From: Candidatus Obscuribacterales bacterium
GTDB lineage: Bacteria > Cyanobacteriota > Vampirovibrionia > Obscuribacterales > Obscuribacteraceae
Assembly (NCBI GenBank): GCA_965228855.1
Contig: CBDDIJ010000005.1
Location: 1,248,001-1,312,000, forward strand
Length of the DNA stretch: 64,000 nucleotides
Direction of reading: 5' to 3'
Made by a program: the position numbers and the translations under genes. The notes beneath the pieces are model-generated. The model was not told the origin of the DNA, made no database searches, and worked only from the letters and a program-made list of their open reading frames with translations. This document shows, piece by piece, positions 46,769 to 56,902 of this stretch (positions are counted from its first letter, which is position 1; every line of letters starts with the position of its first letter).

Positions 46769-49018
46769 CTACCGCTCCCAGTCGATGCGGTCGGCTCTAT
46801 AGCGGCTCATCCAGTGATTGTCACTGCCGGGACTTAACTGTGCCTCAGGCGGGACTTCTCCAGGTTTGCGCACGGCGTCGTAATCAAGCAGCACCACACC
46901 TTTGCCACCGCTCTTAGTTGGAACATATCCGAGCTGCGCGTGACCAAGGCTGGAGAAGCCTCCATCCCAGAAAACATAATTGCCGTCACGAGCAATATTA
47001 TCGTGAAACTCTCTCAAAGTCCGCGTTGAAACTGGCGTCTGAGCACGCTCCTGAATGTAGTACATGATAGGCTCGTGATTGACTTCAATTTGCGTGGGTT
47101 TCGTCATCAGTCTAGCGTCGAACCTAAATACGCCGTTGTCTGTCTCATAAGTTCTGCTGCCCCATTCCGGACGCCACAGCGGCTGACCATCCTTCCGATA
47201 CGGGCGATCCGTCATCTTGAGAATGCGACCATCAGCTAGTTCGAAGACGATGCTATCCGCACCGGCATCAACAACCCGCAAAGCCGGATCTTTGAAGTGC
47301 TTCATCTCTCTTGCGTACAGCTCGACCGGGCGGGGCGTCCGCAGTAGGTTTTTCGTCTCTGGGAGAAGAAGCAGGTCGGAAACAGTTGACGTGCGCCCCA
47401 GTTCAACCGCCGCACCATTGGCGGTGCTGACAGCCATTCGGTCAGTCGAGAACGAGAGCCTGTCAGCGACTTTCTGGAAGAAAACCGAACCGACGCCCAT
47501 GCGATCACCGAACAAATGTTTGCTCGCGCTCGGACCGCACAAACCAGGATTGCATGACGCAACGAGATCGACCGTAGAAGCCAGGTTCGTGCGAAGCGGA
47601 GTGCCGTCGTCCACATGCTGAACCAGCATTCTCTTCGTGTCACCAACCGGCTGACCGTTGGAAAGCTCGCGAACCTTTACGACTGCCGCAGCGGCTTTCG
47701 ACTGTCCGAGCATATCAAGCCCTTTCACATCGCCGCCGACAATTTGAAATTCGCGAGATGCGGTGGCAGGCCAAGACCGTTCGATGACGGGCTGTCTCTC
47801 CACGAGAAAGCGCGCGGTTTCATCACTAATCTGCAACTCCGCACCTTTGCCTGGCTTGCCATGAGCGAGTTGAGAGGTTTCCAATTTAGCGCCGCTCCCG
47901 GCCTCTCGAACAGCTCTGGCTAGCTGAGCGGGATCAGCAACCGCTTCAACTGTTGCCGCCGGGTTTCTAGTAAGCCCAAGCGATGATTCCCGCTGCATAG
48001 CCGCCAGGCGAGAGGCTCTCATTCCGCCAGGAATCGATGCGATTGCATCGGTGCCACCTCGCAATAAACCGCGCGTGACGATTGCACCGGCGTCAAACTC
48101 TCCCGACTTGAGCTGTTTCGATATCTCATCTCCACTTCCGGACGCAAAACCGAATGCGCCGGCCGTAGTCATAGTGGCAGTCAAAGCATTTTTCTGGATA
48201 GCGCCGCGTATCGCCTGATTCTGTAGAATCGCCTGACCGGTTCCGAAGACTGCGACATCCATTGCCAGACCGGCTGGATCCGCAGTTCTCGCGCCGATTC
48301 GACCGAAAGCACCAGTGACATCGAGTTTTCCAGTTTCAGTATTTATATAAGTTTGCCGGCTGAGCGAAGCATCGACAAAACGGTTTCCGACACCCATCGT
48401 GAGAGCTTTCGTTGCCACATCAGTGTTGGACCTCATGACGTTGTGAAAGAGTAGACCGGTCGCGGCGCCTTTTGAGGCCCCGAGGGTAAAGTCTAGAGCC
48501 TGGGTGCCGACCGAATCGGCAGGTCTGGCAGTGTTCAGTCCAAACGCCAGCGCCGTGTAAGCCAATCCCTTTTTACTGCCCATGAACAGGCCGGCTGTCT
48601 GCAGCATGCCGCCGCCATACAACTCAATCTCAGACTGCGTTTTAAGAGATGACCGGTCTGCACCGATCGCGCGACTAATTTCTTTGTCCAGTTCCGGAGA
48701 AGTCTCTTTAGAAGCCTTCTCCTGGAGCGCTTCGAGCTTCTTCAGGTTGGCTCCGCTCTGGTGAATCGGTTCGGTTAGATAGCTTAAGCCTGCCCCCATC
48801 CACGATTGCTCGGCGAGCTGGCGTTTATGGTCCGTAATCGACCGAGAGAGAGCCTCCGCAGGCGTATCAGCCTGAGACGCAGCCAGCTTCGCCAGGCTGG
48901 CGTTGTGGCTCGGTCGAATTCCAAAATCGCCGAAATCGGCAAAATAAGCACGCTCTCCGGTCCCCCCCGGTTTGCCGTGCTCCACCTCTTTCGCTGAATG
49001 TGATCCGCTTTCAACCAT
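46769..49018 (-). CDS. Hypothetical protein: Gly/Ala-rich hydrophobic N-terminal region plus C-terminal kinase-like domain
   Basis: C-terminal VDAGADSIVF...ILKMT...YIQE...FWD...QLG...VLLDY follows the order of protein-kinase-like motifs. Confidence 0.65.
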   Translation of the reverse strand: MVESGSHSAKEVEHGKPGGTGERAYFADFGDFGIRPSHNASLAKLAASQADTPAEALSRSITDHKRQLAEQSWMGAGLSYLTEPIHQSGANLKKLEALQEKASKETSPELDKEISRAIGADRSSLKTQSEIELYGGGMLQTAGLFMGSKKGLAYTALAFGLNTARPADSVGTQALDFTLGASKGAATGLLFHNVMRSNTDVATKALTMGVGNRFVDASLSRQTYINTETGKLDVTGAFGRIGARTADPAGLAMDVAVFGTGQAILQNQAIRGAIQKNALTATMTTAGAFGFASGSGDEISKQLKSGEFDAGAIVTRGLLRGGTDAIASIPGGMRASRLAAMQRESSLGLTRNPAATVEAVADPAQLARAVREAGSGAKLETSQLAHGKPGKGAELQISDETARFLVERQPVIERSWPATASREFQIVGGDVKGLDMLGQSKAAAAVVKVRELSNGQPVGDTKRMLVQHVDDGTPLRTNLASTVDLVASCNPGLCGPSASKHLFGDRMGVGSVFFQKVADRLSFSTDRMAVSTANGAAVELGRTSTVSDLLLLPETKNLLRTPRPVELYAREMKHFKDPALRVVDAGADSIVFELADGRILKMTDRPYRKDGQPLWRPEWGSRTYETDNGVFRFDARLMTKPTQIEVNHEPIMYYIQERAQTPVSTRTLREFHDNIARDGNYVFWDGGFSSLGHAQLGYVPTKSGGKGVVLLDYDAVRKPGEVPPEAQLSPGSDNHWMSRYRADRIDWER

Positions 49019-49422
49019 GAAGTAACAATAAGATGAGGATTTGCCGTCGCCAATGGGGAAGTTCCCAAAGCCTACGGAAAACCCGTATATGGAATCATTG
49101 AGGCATAGACAACCAGGGTTTCTCGACTAGGGGATTTCAGAGAGTCGCCGTCCCCCAAGAGCTGCCAAGGGTGCCGCTTTTGTGAAATATGTAATTGAAA
49201 ATCTACTGATATTGATGTACAAATGTTCGGTTGTTCTGAAATAACGCAAGGCGCAAATCTGCGCAGGCGCCGCTATTTAGAACACCGCTCTCAAGAAGCA
49301 GAACGCCAACTTCAGCCCCTGAGCCTCTGCATCAATTCTGGTATCCCGCTCGCCCTCCATATGGAATCCCGTCGAGCCTTTTAGGCAGAACCAGCCACGC
49401 TTTTGCCTGGCGGACTGCTTGT

Positions 49423-50679
49423 TTGCCAGGAAATTTGATCGTGAAACAAACCGCACAACAGGTCGATTACAGGCTAGGAGAATTGCTGGTGGACCTTGGA
49501 GTCGCAGCACCAGCCGAGGTGATAAAGGGTTTGCGAGTATCAGCGCACACTTCGTTGCCACTTGGCAGAACACTTGTGATGCTTGATTACGTGCCTGATT
49601 TCGTGGTTCGCTCAGTGGTTGAAGCACAGTCGATGCTGAGAGACAGACTTCTGGAACTCAATCAGGCGAAACAGGCGCTTGCTATCGTAAACCGCAAACG
49701 CTGGTCGTTTTCAGACGCACTCATCTCTCTGGGTGTCGACGCTTCGGCGACAAAAGGCACTCGACTTGGCGAACTGTTGCGCGATGCCAATCGTTTGAAC
49801 TCACATCAGCTGGACCTGGGGCTGACGGTGTCCGATCACTCCGGGCTTCCGCTCGGTCAGGTGCTCGTTCTTCTGAGCAAGGTCACTGAAGATAAGGTCC
49901 GAATCACGCTCGCCATGCAACGCGAATTAAGAGCCAACAATCTGGAACGAAAGGATGTTTTGAAAAGACTGGCGAGCGACAACGGTGCAGGCGCAACTGC
50001 TCACAGTTTGCCGGCGTACGACTCGACCGCAAGGAAAATCAAACTCGGCGAATTGTTTATTTGCGCTGAAATCATCACGGAAGAAGAATTGCAGCAATCC
50101 CTGTCCACTGGCAAGGACTCTCAACAAATGCTTGGCGAAATCCTGCTGGACAAGCAGTGGATCTCGCAAGACATTTTAACTGCAGCATTGCGACTGCAAG
50201 CGCTGATCTGGGACGAAAAAATCGATGTGCGCAAAGCGACTGACGTTTTGCGTGAGGCTCATCGACTAGCAGGCACTCCGGACTCCGCCGATGTTGACGG
50301 TTTAATTGCCGACAGCGGAAATAAGAACGTTTCGCTCTATGAGTTCTTGCGGATCACGGGCTACCTGACAAAAGACAAAATTCGCGCGTCGCTCAAACGA
50401 GTTATGGACGAACCACGCCTGCTTGCTCTGGTGATGAACCATGCGAAAGAAACGGACAGCAGCAATAGCAACTATTTGGAAGACGCAACAAAACTAGCTC
50501 TTCGAGATGCGGCAACTTTGCGTTTTGTCATGAGTGAAACATTTCCAAGAGATCGCGGCTTGGTGGACTCTGCACTAGTCTTCCACCAACTCGTACAAGA
50601 AGGTAAATTGACTCTTTGTCAGGCTCTGGTGAACTACAGCATCAAGATAAACGGTATCGAATCCGACACCGCGATTTAG
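49423..50679 (+). CDS. Protein of tandem MshEN-like motifs (putative c-di-GMP receptor)
   Basis: RLGELLVDLGV, PLGRTLV, RLGELLRDA, PLGQVLV, KLGELFI, MLGEILL with downstream LxxQ. Confidence 0.75.
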   Translation: MPGNLIVKQTAQQVDYRLGELLVDLGVAAPAEVIKGLRVSAHTSLPLGRTLVMLDYVPDFVVRSVVEAQSMLRDRLLELNQAKQALAIVNRKRWSFSDALISLGVDASATKGTRLGELLRDANRLNSHQLDLGLTVSDHSGLPLGQVLVLLSKVTEDKVRITLAMQRELRANNLERKDVLKRLASDNGAGATAHSLPAYDSTARKIKLGELFICAEIITEEELQQSLSTGKDSQQMLGEILLDKQWISQDILTAALRLQALIWDEKIDVRKATDVLREAHRLAGTPDSADVDGLIADSGNKNVSLYEFLRITGYLTKDKIRASLKRVMDEPRLLALVMNHAKETDSSNSNYLEDATKLALRDAATLRFVMSETFPRDRGLVDSALVFHQLVQEGKLTLCQALVNYSIKINGIESDTAI

Positions 50680-50980
50680 CATGTGTCACGAAAATTCCAC
50701 AAAATCCTGAAATCATTAACATTGAGTGACCATGCTCACTCACACTGCTGCCCGTCATAACAACCGTATCACAGAAAGAAAACGTTACTCGACGTTTTCC
50801 AACTTGGCGCGAAACTAAAAATCAGTGTCAAACGGCAGCGACGTGCAATGCACTTCGCTACCTAGGCTCGCGATAAGAAGACCTCGGCTTTGCTCGAGAT
50901 CAGCTCATAGTGCTCGTTTGCGCAACGCCTTCGAGTTAAGTTAGCTGACCTTTTTCAAGAGTTGTCAGAACTACTTCGAA

Positions 50981-51382
50981 ATGTTTTTATCAGAGAAAAG
51001 AATGCAATTTACTGAATCGAATAAATTTACCGATAGCTTTGTCGCCATTGCGAACTTTCAACTCCTTGAACTTCGCATGGAAACGCTGCCTATCGGCTTA
51101 ATTTCAATCAATGGAGACGGACTTATTATTGCAGCAGACGCGTGGTCAGAGCGACTTCTGGGATACGAAAGAGGCTCACTGCGGAGCAAACATATCGGCA
51201 CCGTATTTAGTGACAATGGCAGAACGTTTATCGACATTGTTAACACAAAAGGGCCTGGTTACTTCGGGAAGAAGCGCGTAAAGACCTGCACTGGCAAAGA
51301 GTTGTACGTAAAAGTCGCAATGGCAACCGGTTTAGAAACGCGCTTACCAACTTTGCAAATTATATTTACGGATCTCGAATGA
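50981..51382 (+). CDS. Stand-alone PAS-domain protein (start uncertain)
   Basis: METLPIGLISINGDGLIIAA...ERLLGY...LRSKHIGTVF. Confidence 0.65.
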   Translation: MFLSEKRMQFTESNKFTDSFVAIANFQLLELRMETLPIGLISINGDGLIIAADAWSERLLGYERGSLRSKHIGTVFSDNGRTFIDIVNTKGPGYFGKKRVKTCTGKELYVKVAMATGLETRLPTLQIIFTDLE

Positions 51383-51394
51383 ACGAAAAGTGAT

Positions 51395-51952
51395 TTAGCG
51401 CTTTGCTTTCGCGTCAGCTTCCGATTCACTACGAACTTTCAAGTCGATATCCACACCCTGTGTGTCACCGATTCTTGCAAGTTCTTTCTTCAGTTCTTCA
51501 ACACTTAGCGATGGTGGCACCAGTATGGTGGCATTCATGCAGAACAGTGGCGAAGCGGAGACGGGAGCACTTATGACTTCGGTGTGAACCGACTGGATGT
51601 TGATCTCCTTGTCGCGAAGTTGCGATGAAAGGGAATGCACGATACCTTCATGGTCAGCACCGCGTAGGAAGATTTCGCATGATGCGTAGCTCTTGTACTT
51701 GTCGATATCGATCGGCTTTGTAGTCCTGGTAGTGACGTGAATGCCATCCTTTTCCAGCGCACGAAATTCATTTTGCAAAGCATTCATATCGATTGCCCCG
51801 GTTACGAGCATGACAGCAGCAAACTCGCCGCCAAGAATTGCCATGCGGCTCTCTTCAAGATTCGCGCCATGGCTGACAAGAACTTCGGTAAGTCTGGCGA
51901 CGATGCCCGGGCGATCTTCACCCACCGCCGTGACCAGCAAATGATTGGTCAT
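51395..51952 (-). CDS. GcvR-like double-ACT-domain protein
   Basis: VTAVGEDRPGIV, NLEESRMAILGGEFA, GADHEGIV. Confidence 0.88.
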   Translation of the reverse strand: MTNHLLVTAVGEDRPGIVARLTEVLVSHGANLEESRMAILGGEFAAVMLVTGAIDMNALQNEFRALEKDGIHVTTRTTKPIDIDKYKSYASCEIFLRGADHEGIVHSLSSQLRDKEINIQSVHTEVISAPVSASPLFCMNATILVPPSLSVEELKKELARIGDTQGVDIDLKVRSESEADAKAKR

Positions 51953-52033
51953 CTTCCTATGCCTCAGAAAGTATTGGATGCAGGCAGTTTAGCAGGCGTT
52001 AAGCTAGTCTTCAACCGCTTCTGACAACGCTCA

Positions 52034-52456
52034 CTACTTCTTGTGGTGTGGTCCGGTTTTATTAGGATCGACCATAAAGTGCGAGCTTCGCATCATCGCC
52101 GCAGTTTCGCCTGTGCAAGTTTTAACAATGGTATCAACTACGGTGATTCTCCCTCGTTTAACAACTGTCGCTTCCGCGACAATCGGACCGACCGGGTCGT
52201 TCGTCAACAAATTCACACTCAACTGAATCGAGTAAGGAAATTTCTTGTCGCCCATATCGCAGGTGTCAAGCCGCCCTCCAACGATAGCGGCTGATGCGGC
52301 TTCGTCAGCGAGCGCGACGATAGCACCGGCGTGGTACACGCGCGTTGGTTGCATCACTTTCTCGCTCAAAGGCAACTGTGCCTTCGCGTATCCATCGCGA
52401 ATTTCCAACATCTCACCGCCGAGTTCGCGGATCATTTCGTGGGTGTACACCGGCAT
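52034..52456 (-). CDS. PaaI/hotdog-fold thioesterase
   Basis: QPTRVYHAGAIVALADEA, IQLSVNLL, ATVVKRGR. Confidence 0.85.
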   Translation of the reverse strand: MPVYTHEMIRELGGEMLEIRDGYAKAQLPLSEKVMQPTRVYHAGAIVALADEAASAAIVGGRLDTCDMGDKKFPYSIQLSVNLLTNDPVGPIVAEATVVKRGRITVVDTIVKTCTGETAAMMRSSHFMVDPNKTGPHHKK

Positions 52457-52622
52457 TTGTGTTTCCTCTGAGCCTGGGGCGCAAACCGAGATCTTATCAG
52501 TCCTCACCGGGTAAACCCTGAACGATTTTCAGTTATTCAATACTCAACTTAATGTTCGGCGGCGCGTAATTTGGAAAGTGTCGCCGGCAGATTTCATGCC
52601 AGGCCCGCAGTTCGGAGGCGTT

Positions 52623-53273
52623 ATGGACAAGTATCGAGAACAGGTCAACAGCATCCAGATTGCGACGCCTTGCAGCGCCGACTGGGACGAGATGGTAGGA
52701 GACGACCGCAAACGCTTCTGCCAGGACTGCAAACTGAACGTCTACAATGTCGCGGAACTGACGCCCAGAGAAGTAAGCGAGTTGCTCGGCGCCGCGAATG
52801 GCGGTCGAGTCTGCATGCAAATCTATCGAAGACGCGACGGCACGGTCATCACACGAGACTGTCCGGTCGCGGTTCAACGAGTCAAAAAAGCGTTCAAGCG
52901 CTCGATCGCTGCTGTGGCGAGTCTGGCTGCGACGCTCGGTCTGGCTCTACCCAGCTCGGCGCAAACCCCGCCTGCCGGAGCTACCAAAGGAGAATCAGTC
53001 GCATACCCGTTGAGAGGACAAATTGTCAGCCCGTCCATGGGCGAGGTTCGATCATCGCCGAGAACTTCTTTGGAGCCGGAAAATCGCCTGAGAAGTTGTT
53101 TCTTCGGAGGACCGCTCATCGACGGCGATCAACTCGCGGGCTTCGCCGCCGCCGGTCTGGGACTTTCCGCTTTCCTCCTTTTCCTGAGAAAACGTCCGGC
53201 GATGTGGATTATCGGAATCTCGATGGGCGGGTTGTTTGCGGCACTGGGCTATCTGTGGAGCACACATATGTAG
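52623..53273 (+). CDS. Membrane protein with a Cys-rich N-terminal domain
   Basis: IATPCSADWDEMVGDDRKRFCQDCKLNVYN...CMQIYRRRDGTVITRDCP; C-terminal TMs. Confidence 0.75.
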   Translation: MDKYREQVNSIQIATPCSADWDEMVGDDRKRFCQDCKLNVYNVAELTPREVSELLGAANGGRVCMQIYRRRDGTVITRDCPVAVQRVKKAFKRSIAAVASLAATLGLALPSSAQTPPAGATKGESVAYPLRGQIVSPSMGEVRSSPRTSLEPENRLRSCFFGGPLIDGDQLAGFAAAGLGLSAFLLFLRKRPAMWIIGISMGGLFAALGYLWSTHM

Positions 53274-53335
53274 TGCACGCCGTGATTGGGTATAAACAAT
53301 AAACCCCACCCATAAAATAGACGGCTGCACGCTGC

Positions 53336-56300
53336 ATGACCGACAACAGTAAGCAGGACGAAACCGATCCTAAAGTCTCGGAAGGCGCTTCCGAAGCCGA
53401 TCTCGACAACGAAGATCGCGTCAAGGTAATGTGCTCGATTATCCTTGACAGGCTAAAAAAGCAGGATGTGGTGTGGGTGCGCATAGCCGATCCGCAGATG
53501 CGCAGGGCTGACGATTTACAGATCGCAACGAGAAACAGAATCGATGCCTATCTGCTGAAATGGAGCGAATGGGCCGACAAACTCACAGTGGAAGATCTCA
53601 CCGCTGAAGGTGCAGAAGACGGCGCTTTCATGAAACGCCTGGCGGACGGTTGGAAACGATTGAAGCAGGAGTATCGCCTTCCGGTCTTCGTTCATCTGAT
53701 TACCAACGACCAGCCCTCCGCAAAAAAAATTGCAGGTGCCGACCGGAACGACTGCCATCTGGCGAAATTCCTGGCATCCGAATGGAAGAGAAACAAACAA
53801 GACGACCCGGTCTGGGCGGACCTGTGGGCTGCGCTCCGCAAAGCCAGCGGCTTGACTGAACAAGAATTCGAAGAGTTCGCCGGCCAATGTCGTTTTGACT
53901 GCTCTTACGCAAAACCTGAAATCGACGAAGACCTGGATGGTCACCAGCCTTATTACTGGGTTGAACACATCTATGACGTTCTCTTCGAGCATGAAGATTA
54001 CGCTCTGCCAATCGAGTTGAATCACGCAGAACTGCTTCAAATTCTGGGCTGGCGCGGAGAACACTCCGAGGTAATGAAACCAAGAACAGTCGCGCTGGAA
54101 GCGACCAGCGGCTCCGCTTCTGAAGATTCTCGGAGCAATTCCTCAGGCACCGAATCTGAGCAGGCAGACACCGCGCAAGAGCTGGACGAGCAGCCGGTTG
54201 AAACGGTTTTAAACGAATCAACAGAAACGGATGGACATTCGTCCGATGCAGGGAAAACTGATGAAATGCCCGATTTCGATAGCAACGAGGGCGAACCCAA
54301 CAGTGTAGCCGTGCAGAGCGCAATTCGCCGAGTTTCAAAACCAACGGCATCCTCATTCACCTCTATGCGAAATACAGCCGCTTCAGGCTGGCTGGAAGCG
54401 GCTGATGACTCCGGAAGTGAAGTCGCGAGCTGGTTGAAAACAGGAGCGGAGACGGGACCTCTTCCCGTGCTGACGAAAGACTTACAGCTAAGAGACGCCG
54501 GGCCAGAGCCGATAGAACTTGAAGAGCGAAAGACGCCATCATCATTCGTCGGAAATAAACAGGGCAAAGAGAAGAAAGACTGGCGAGCTCTTGCTGAGGG
54601 AGAAAGACATCAGGTAGGCAGCACGAGACGATTCAGCGACAATTCTGGTGAGCGTGTCGACGATGTTGAGAAACAGCGCACCACAGGCAAACTGCGGCAG
54701 ATTTTCGGCTCTAGGGTGGCGGAACCAGCTGCGGATCTGGCTGAGGAATTCGAGTCAGAGCAACTTGAACCGCCTATCATTTCCGAGGCTGAAGAAACCA
54801 ACGATCAGGATTCGACCCAGGATATCGACCCCAATGCGCTTCAACGCAGCAACAGGCGGATAGAGCGCGCACAGTCCGCGAACGGCGAAGGCACCGTATT
54901 TAGTGACGAAACTTTCGCGCCAGTCGACGCGCAGGCTGACCCGGACGAGGCTGAAACAGCCGCAGACGACGAGCGGGTCGACTCGACCGAGACGGGATCG
55001 GAGGAGACTGCTGCTGAACACAGTTTAAACTCAGCCCTGGACGAATCAAGCGATAGCTCCGATGCCTTTGCAAAAGTTTCCAGACTCGGTCGCATGCAGG
55101 AAGGACACTCGTTCAGCGATGAAGCCGCTGCTCGTGATGCGTTCGACTGGTATCTCAGCAATGCAAATGATATGTTCGAGGCTAACCGATTTGAAGATGC
55201 AGCCCTCGAATACAATCGAGCTTTAGAGCTCCTGAGCAGTCTTCCCGGTCCCAACTACGACCACGAGTTTTTAATTCTCCAGAATCTCGGCGACATTTAC
55301 ATGTTTCTCGATCAGCCGGAACATGCTGTGGAATTGTATGAGCGCACTAAACAGCAGCATTTCAACGCGAAGATTCCCGCGGCGAAATACATCGCAGCAC
55401 TAATAAAACTTGGCACATTGCACGAAGACAACAACTGCTTCGGAGATGCAGAAAAGGAGTATCGCAAAGCAATTGAAATTGCAGCCGAATTTCTGCCGCA
55501 AGACGACCCGATTCTGGTCAGACTAAATGATGCATGCTTGAATCTGGCGCGAAACCGCTCCACGCTTATGTCTCGGTTTAGCTCAAAAGAAGTCGAGCGG
55601 ATTCGAGAGATGGCAAAACAGGAAGTAGATGTAGCGATAATGTATCGCAAGAAAAAGGCTACGGAGACTGACACGGAAAAACTGGATATCTGGCGCGGGG
55701 GCCAACCAGAGTCGGAAGAGGAGCCTGTGGAGCCGCCGTCGCCGAAGAGACTATGGATTGCAGCATCTGTGGGCGTGGTGATTATGTTCATTTTCGCCTA
55801 CGCGATGTTCGTGCCTCATAGTGGCACCCTCGGTGCCTTTGGACCGGACGGCAGCAACGTAGCTGGGACTTATAGCAGCACAGATAACCAGAAGACAATT
55901 GAACTCAGTCCGGGTGGCAGCGCCAGCTATTTTCACAATGGCACGACGGAAAACGCATCTTACAGCTTCGTTGGAAATTCAATTCAAGATTTGCTACCGC
56001 TGATTCCAGGGCACTTACGCTCCGCCTTTACATTCTTCCGAGCAGCGGATGATGCTATTGTCGACAATGACGGTACGTTTTTCTATACACATGAAGCACC
56101 AGAAACGGTTCTTGTAAAACGCATGTGGAAATATGCTGAACTCGCACAAGAGTATCGAGCAGCGAAAAGCTTTTATCCTGAGTCGGACGATGTCTGGGCA
56201 ATCTCAAAAGACAAACTTACTTTCACCAATCCCATTACAAGAAGTCTTGATCAAGCCATCATATTTAGTACCACCGGGGAGTCGACCGATACTCCGCTCC

Positions 56301-56815
56301 GCAAGTCAATGGCTGCTGGAGAGATGTGGGACAATCAACCCAAAGGCGGGCCCGGTCGTATCATCTGCAATGTTTATAATGGCAGAATGTTCTTCATACG
56401 CGGTTTCGACCGCAATGGCAAATTGTTGACCAGTGCTGACAAGGGCAAATATTTTTACATTGAGTGCTCCGACGGAATAGATGTCACCAAAGACAAATTG
56501 AAGGAGCTGCACAATAAGGAACTGCTCGGTACGAATTCTCCGGAGGTTAATCCGGTAGCGCCGGCTCCGCCCCCAAAATCCGACAAGAAACTTCGTTTCA
56601 TCTTCGCTTCTTCACCCGATTCAGAAGCTATGTTGCAGACGCTGCTGAGCGCCGTACCCGGTACACTTTTTGCTCTCGTTCTCATTTCTGGAGCCATATG
56701 GCGGTACAGGGTTAACAAGAAAATCGCCGGTCCACTCAGCCTGACAATCTTCATTGTGACTATCGCGCTTCTGCTCGCCTGGTACGTCGTCGGAATCCTG
56801 GACATTTCGCATTAA
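53336..56815 (+). CDS. Multidomain membrane protein: PD-(D/E)xK-like N-domain, acidic linker, TPR, TM, extracytoplasmic domain, two TMs
   Basis: WVRIADP..RADDLQI...DAYLLKW...LADGWKRL...VHLITN; TPR ILQNLGDIY, ALIKLGTLH; TM LWIAASVGVVIMFIFAYAMF. Confidence 0.7.
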   Translation: MTDNSKQDETDPKVSEGASEADLDNEDRVKVMCSIILDRLKKQDVVWVRIADPQMRRADDLQIATRNRIDAYLLKWSEWADKLTVEDLTAEGAEDGAFMKRLADGWKRLKQEYRLPVFVHLITNDQPSAKKIAGADRNDCHLAKFLASEWKRNKQDDPVWADLWAALRKASGLTEQEFEEFAGQCRFDCSYAKPEIDEDLDGHQPYYWVEHIYDVLFEHEDYALPIELNHAELLQILGWRGEHSEVMKPRTVALEATSGSASEDSRSNSSGTESEQADTAQELDEQPVETVLNESTETDGHSSDAGKTDEMPDFDSNEGEPNSVAVQSAIRRVSKPTASSFTSMRNTAASGWLEAADDSGSEVASWLKTGAETGPLPVLTKDLQLRDAGPEPIELEERKTPSSFVGNKQGKEKKDWRALAEGERHQVGSTRRFSDNSGERVDDVEKQRTTGKLRQIFGSRVAEPAADLAEEFESEQLEPPIISEAEETNDQDSTQDIDPNALQRSNRRIERAQSANGEGTVFSDETFAPVDAQADPDEAETAADDERVDSTETGSEETAAEHSLNSALDESSDSSDAFAKVSRLGRMQEGHSFSDEAAARDAFDWYLSNANDMFEANRFEDAALEYNRALELLSSLPGPNYDHEFLILQNLGDIYMFLDQPEHAVELYERTKQQHFNAKIPAAKYIAALIKLGTLHEDNNCFGDAEKEYRKAIEIAAEFLPQDDPILVRLNDACLNLARNRSTLMSRFSSKEVERIREMAKQEVDVAIMYRKKKATETDTEKLDIWRGGQPESEEEPVEPPSPKRLWIAASVGVVIMFIFAYAMFVPHSGTLGAFGPDGSNVAGTYSSTDNQKTIELSPGGSASYFHNGTTENASYSFVGNSIQDLLPLIPGHLRSAFTFFRAADDAIVDNDGTFFYTHEAPETVLVKRMWKYAELAQEYRAAKSFYPESDDVWAISKDKLTFTNPITRSLDQAIIFSTTGESTDTPLRKSMAAGEMWDNQPKGGPGRIICNVYNGRMFFIRGFDRNGKLLTSADKGKYFYIECSDGIDVTKDKLKELHNKELLGTNSPEVNPVAPAPPPKSDKKLRFIFASSPDSEAMLQTLLSAVPGTLFALVLISGAIWRYRVNKKIAGPLSLTIFIVTIALLLAWYVVGILDISH

Positions 56816-56902
56816 TAGATAAATTTAGCTGCTCTAATCTAAGTTGCGACGGAACGGGCTAGCATAGAGCCATTGCCTCGGGAACCAACGAAGGATTCGA
56901 GA

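Noticed and set aside
50785..51015. Possible XRE helix-turn-helix pseudogene (LGAKLK...FAQRLRVKLADLF)
   Set aside because: Two in-frame TAG stops and no recognisable central helix-turn-helix; similarity is too weak without a profile search.
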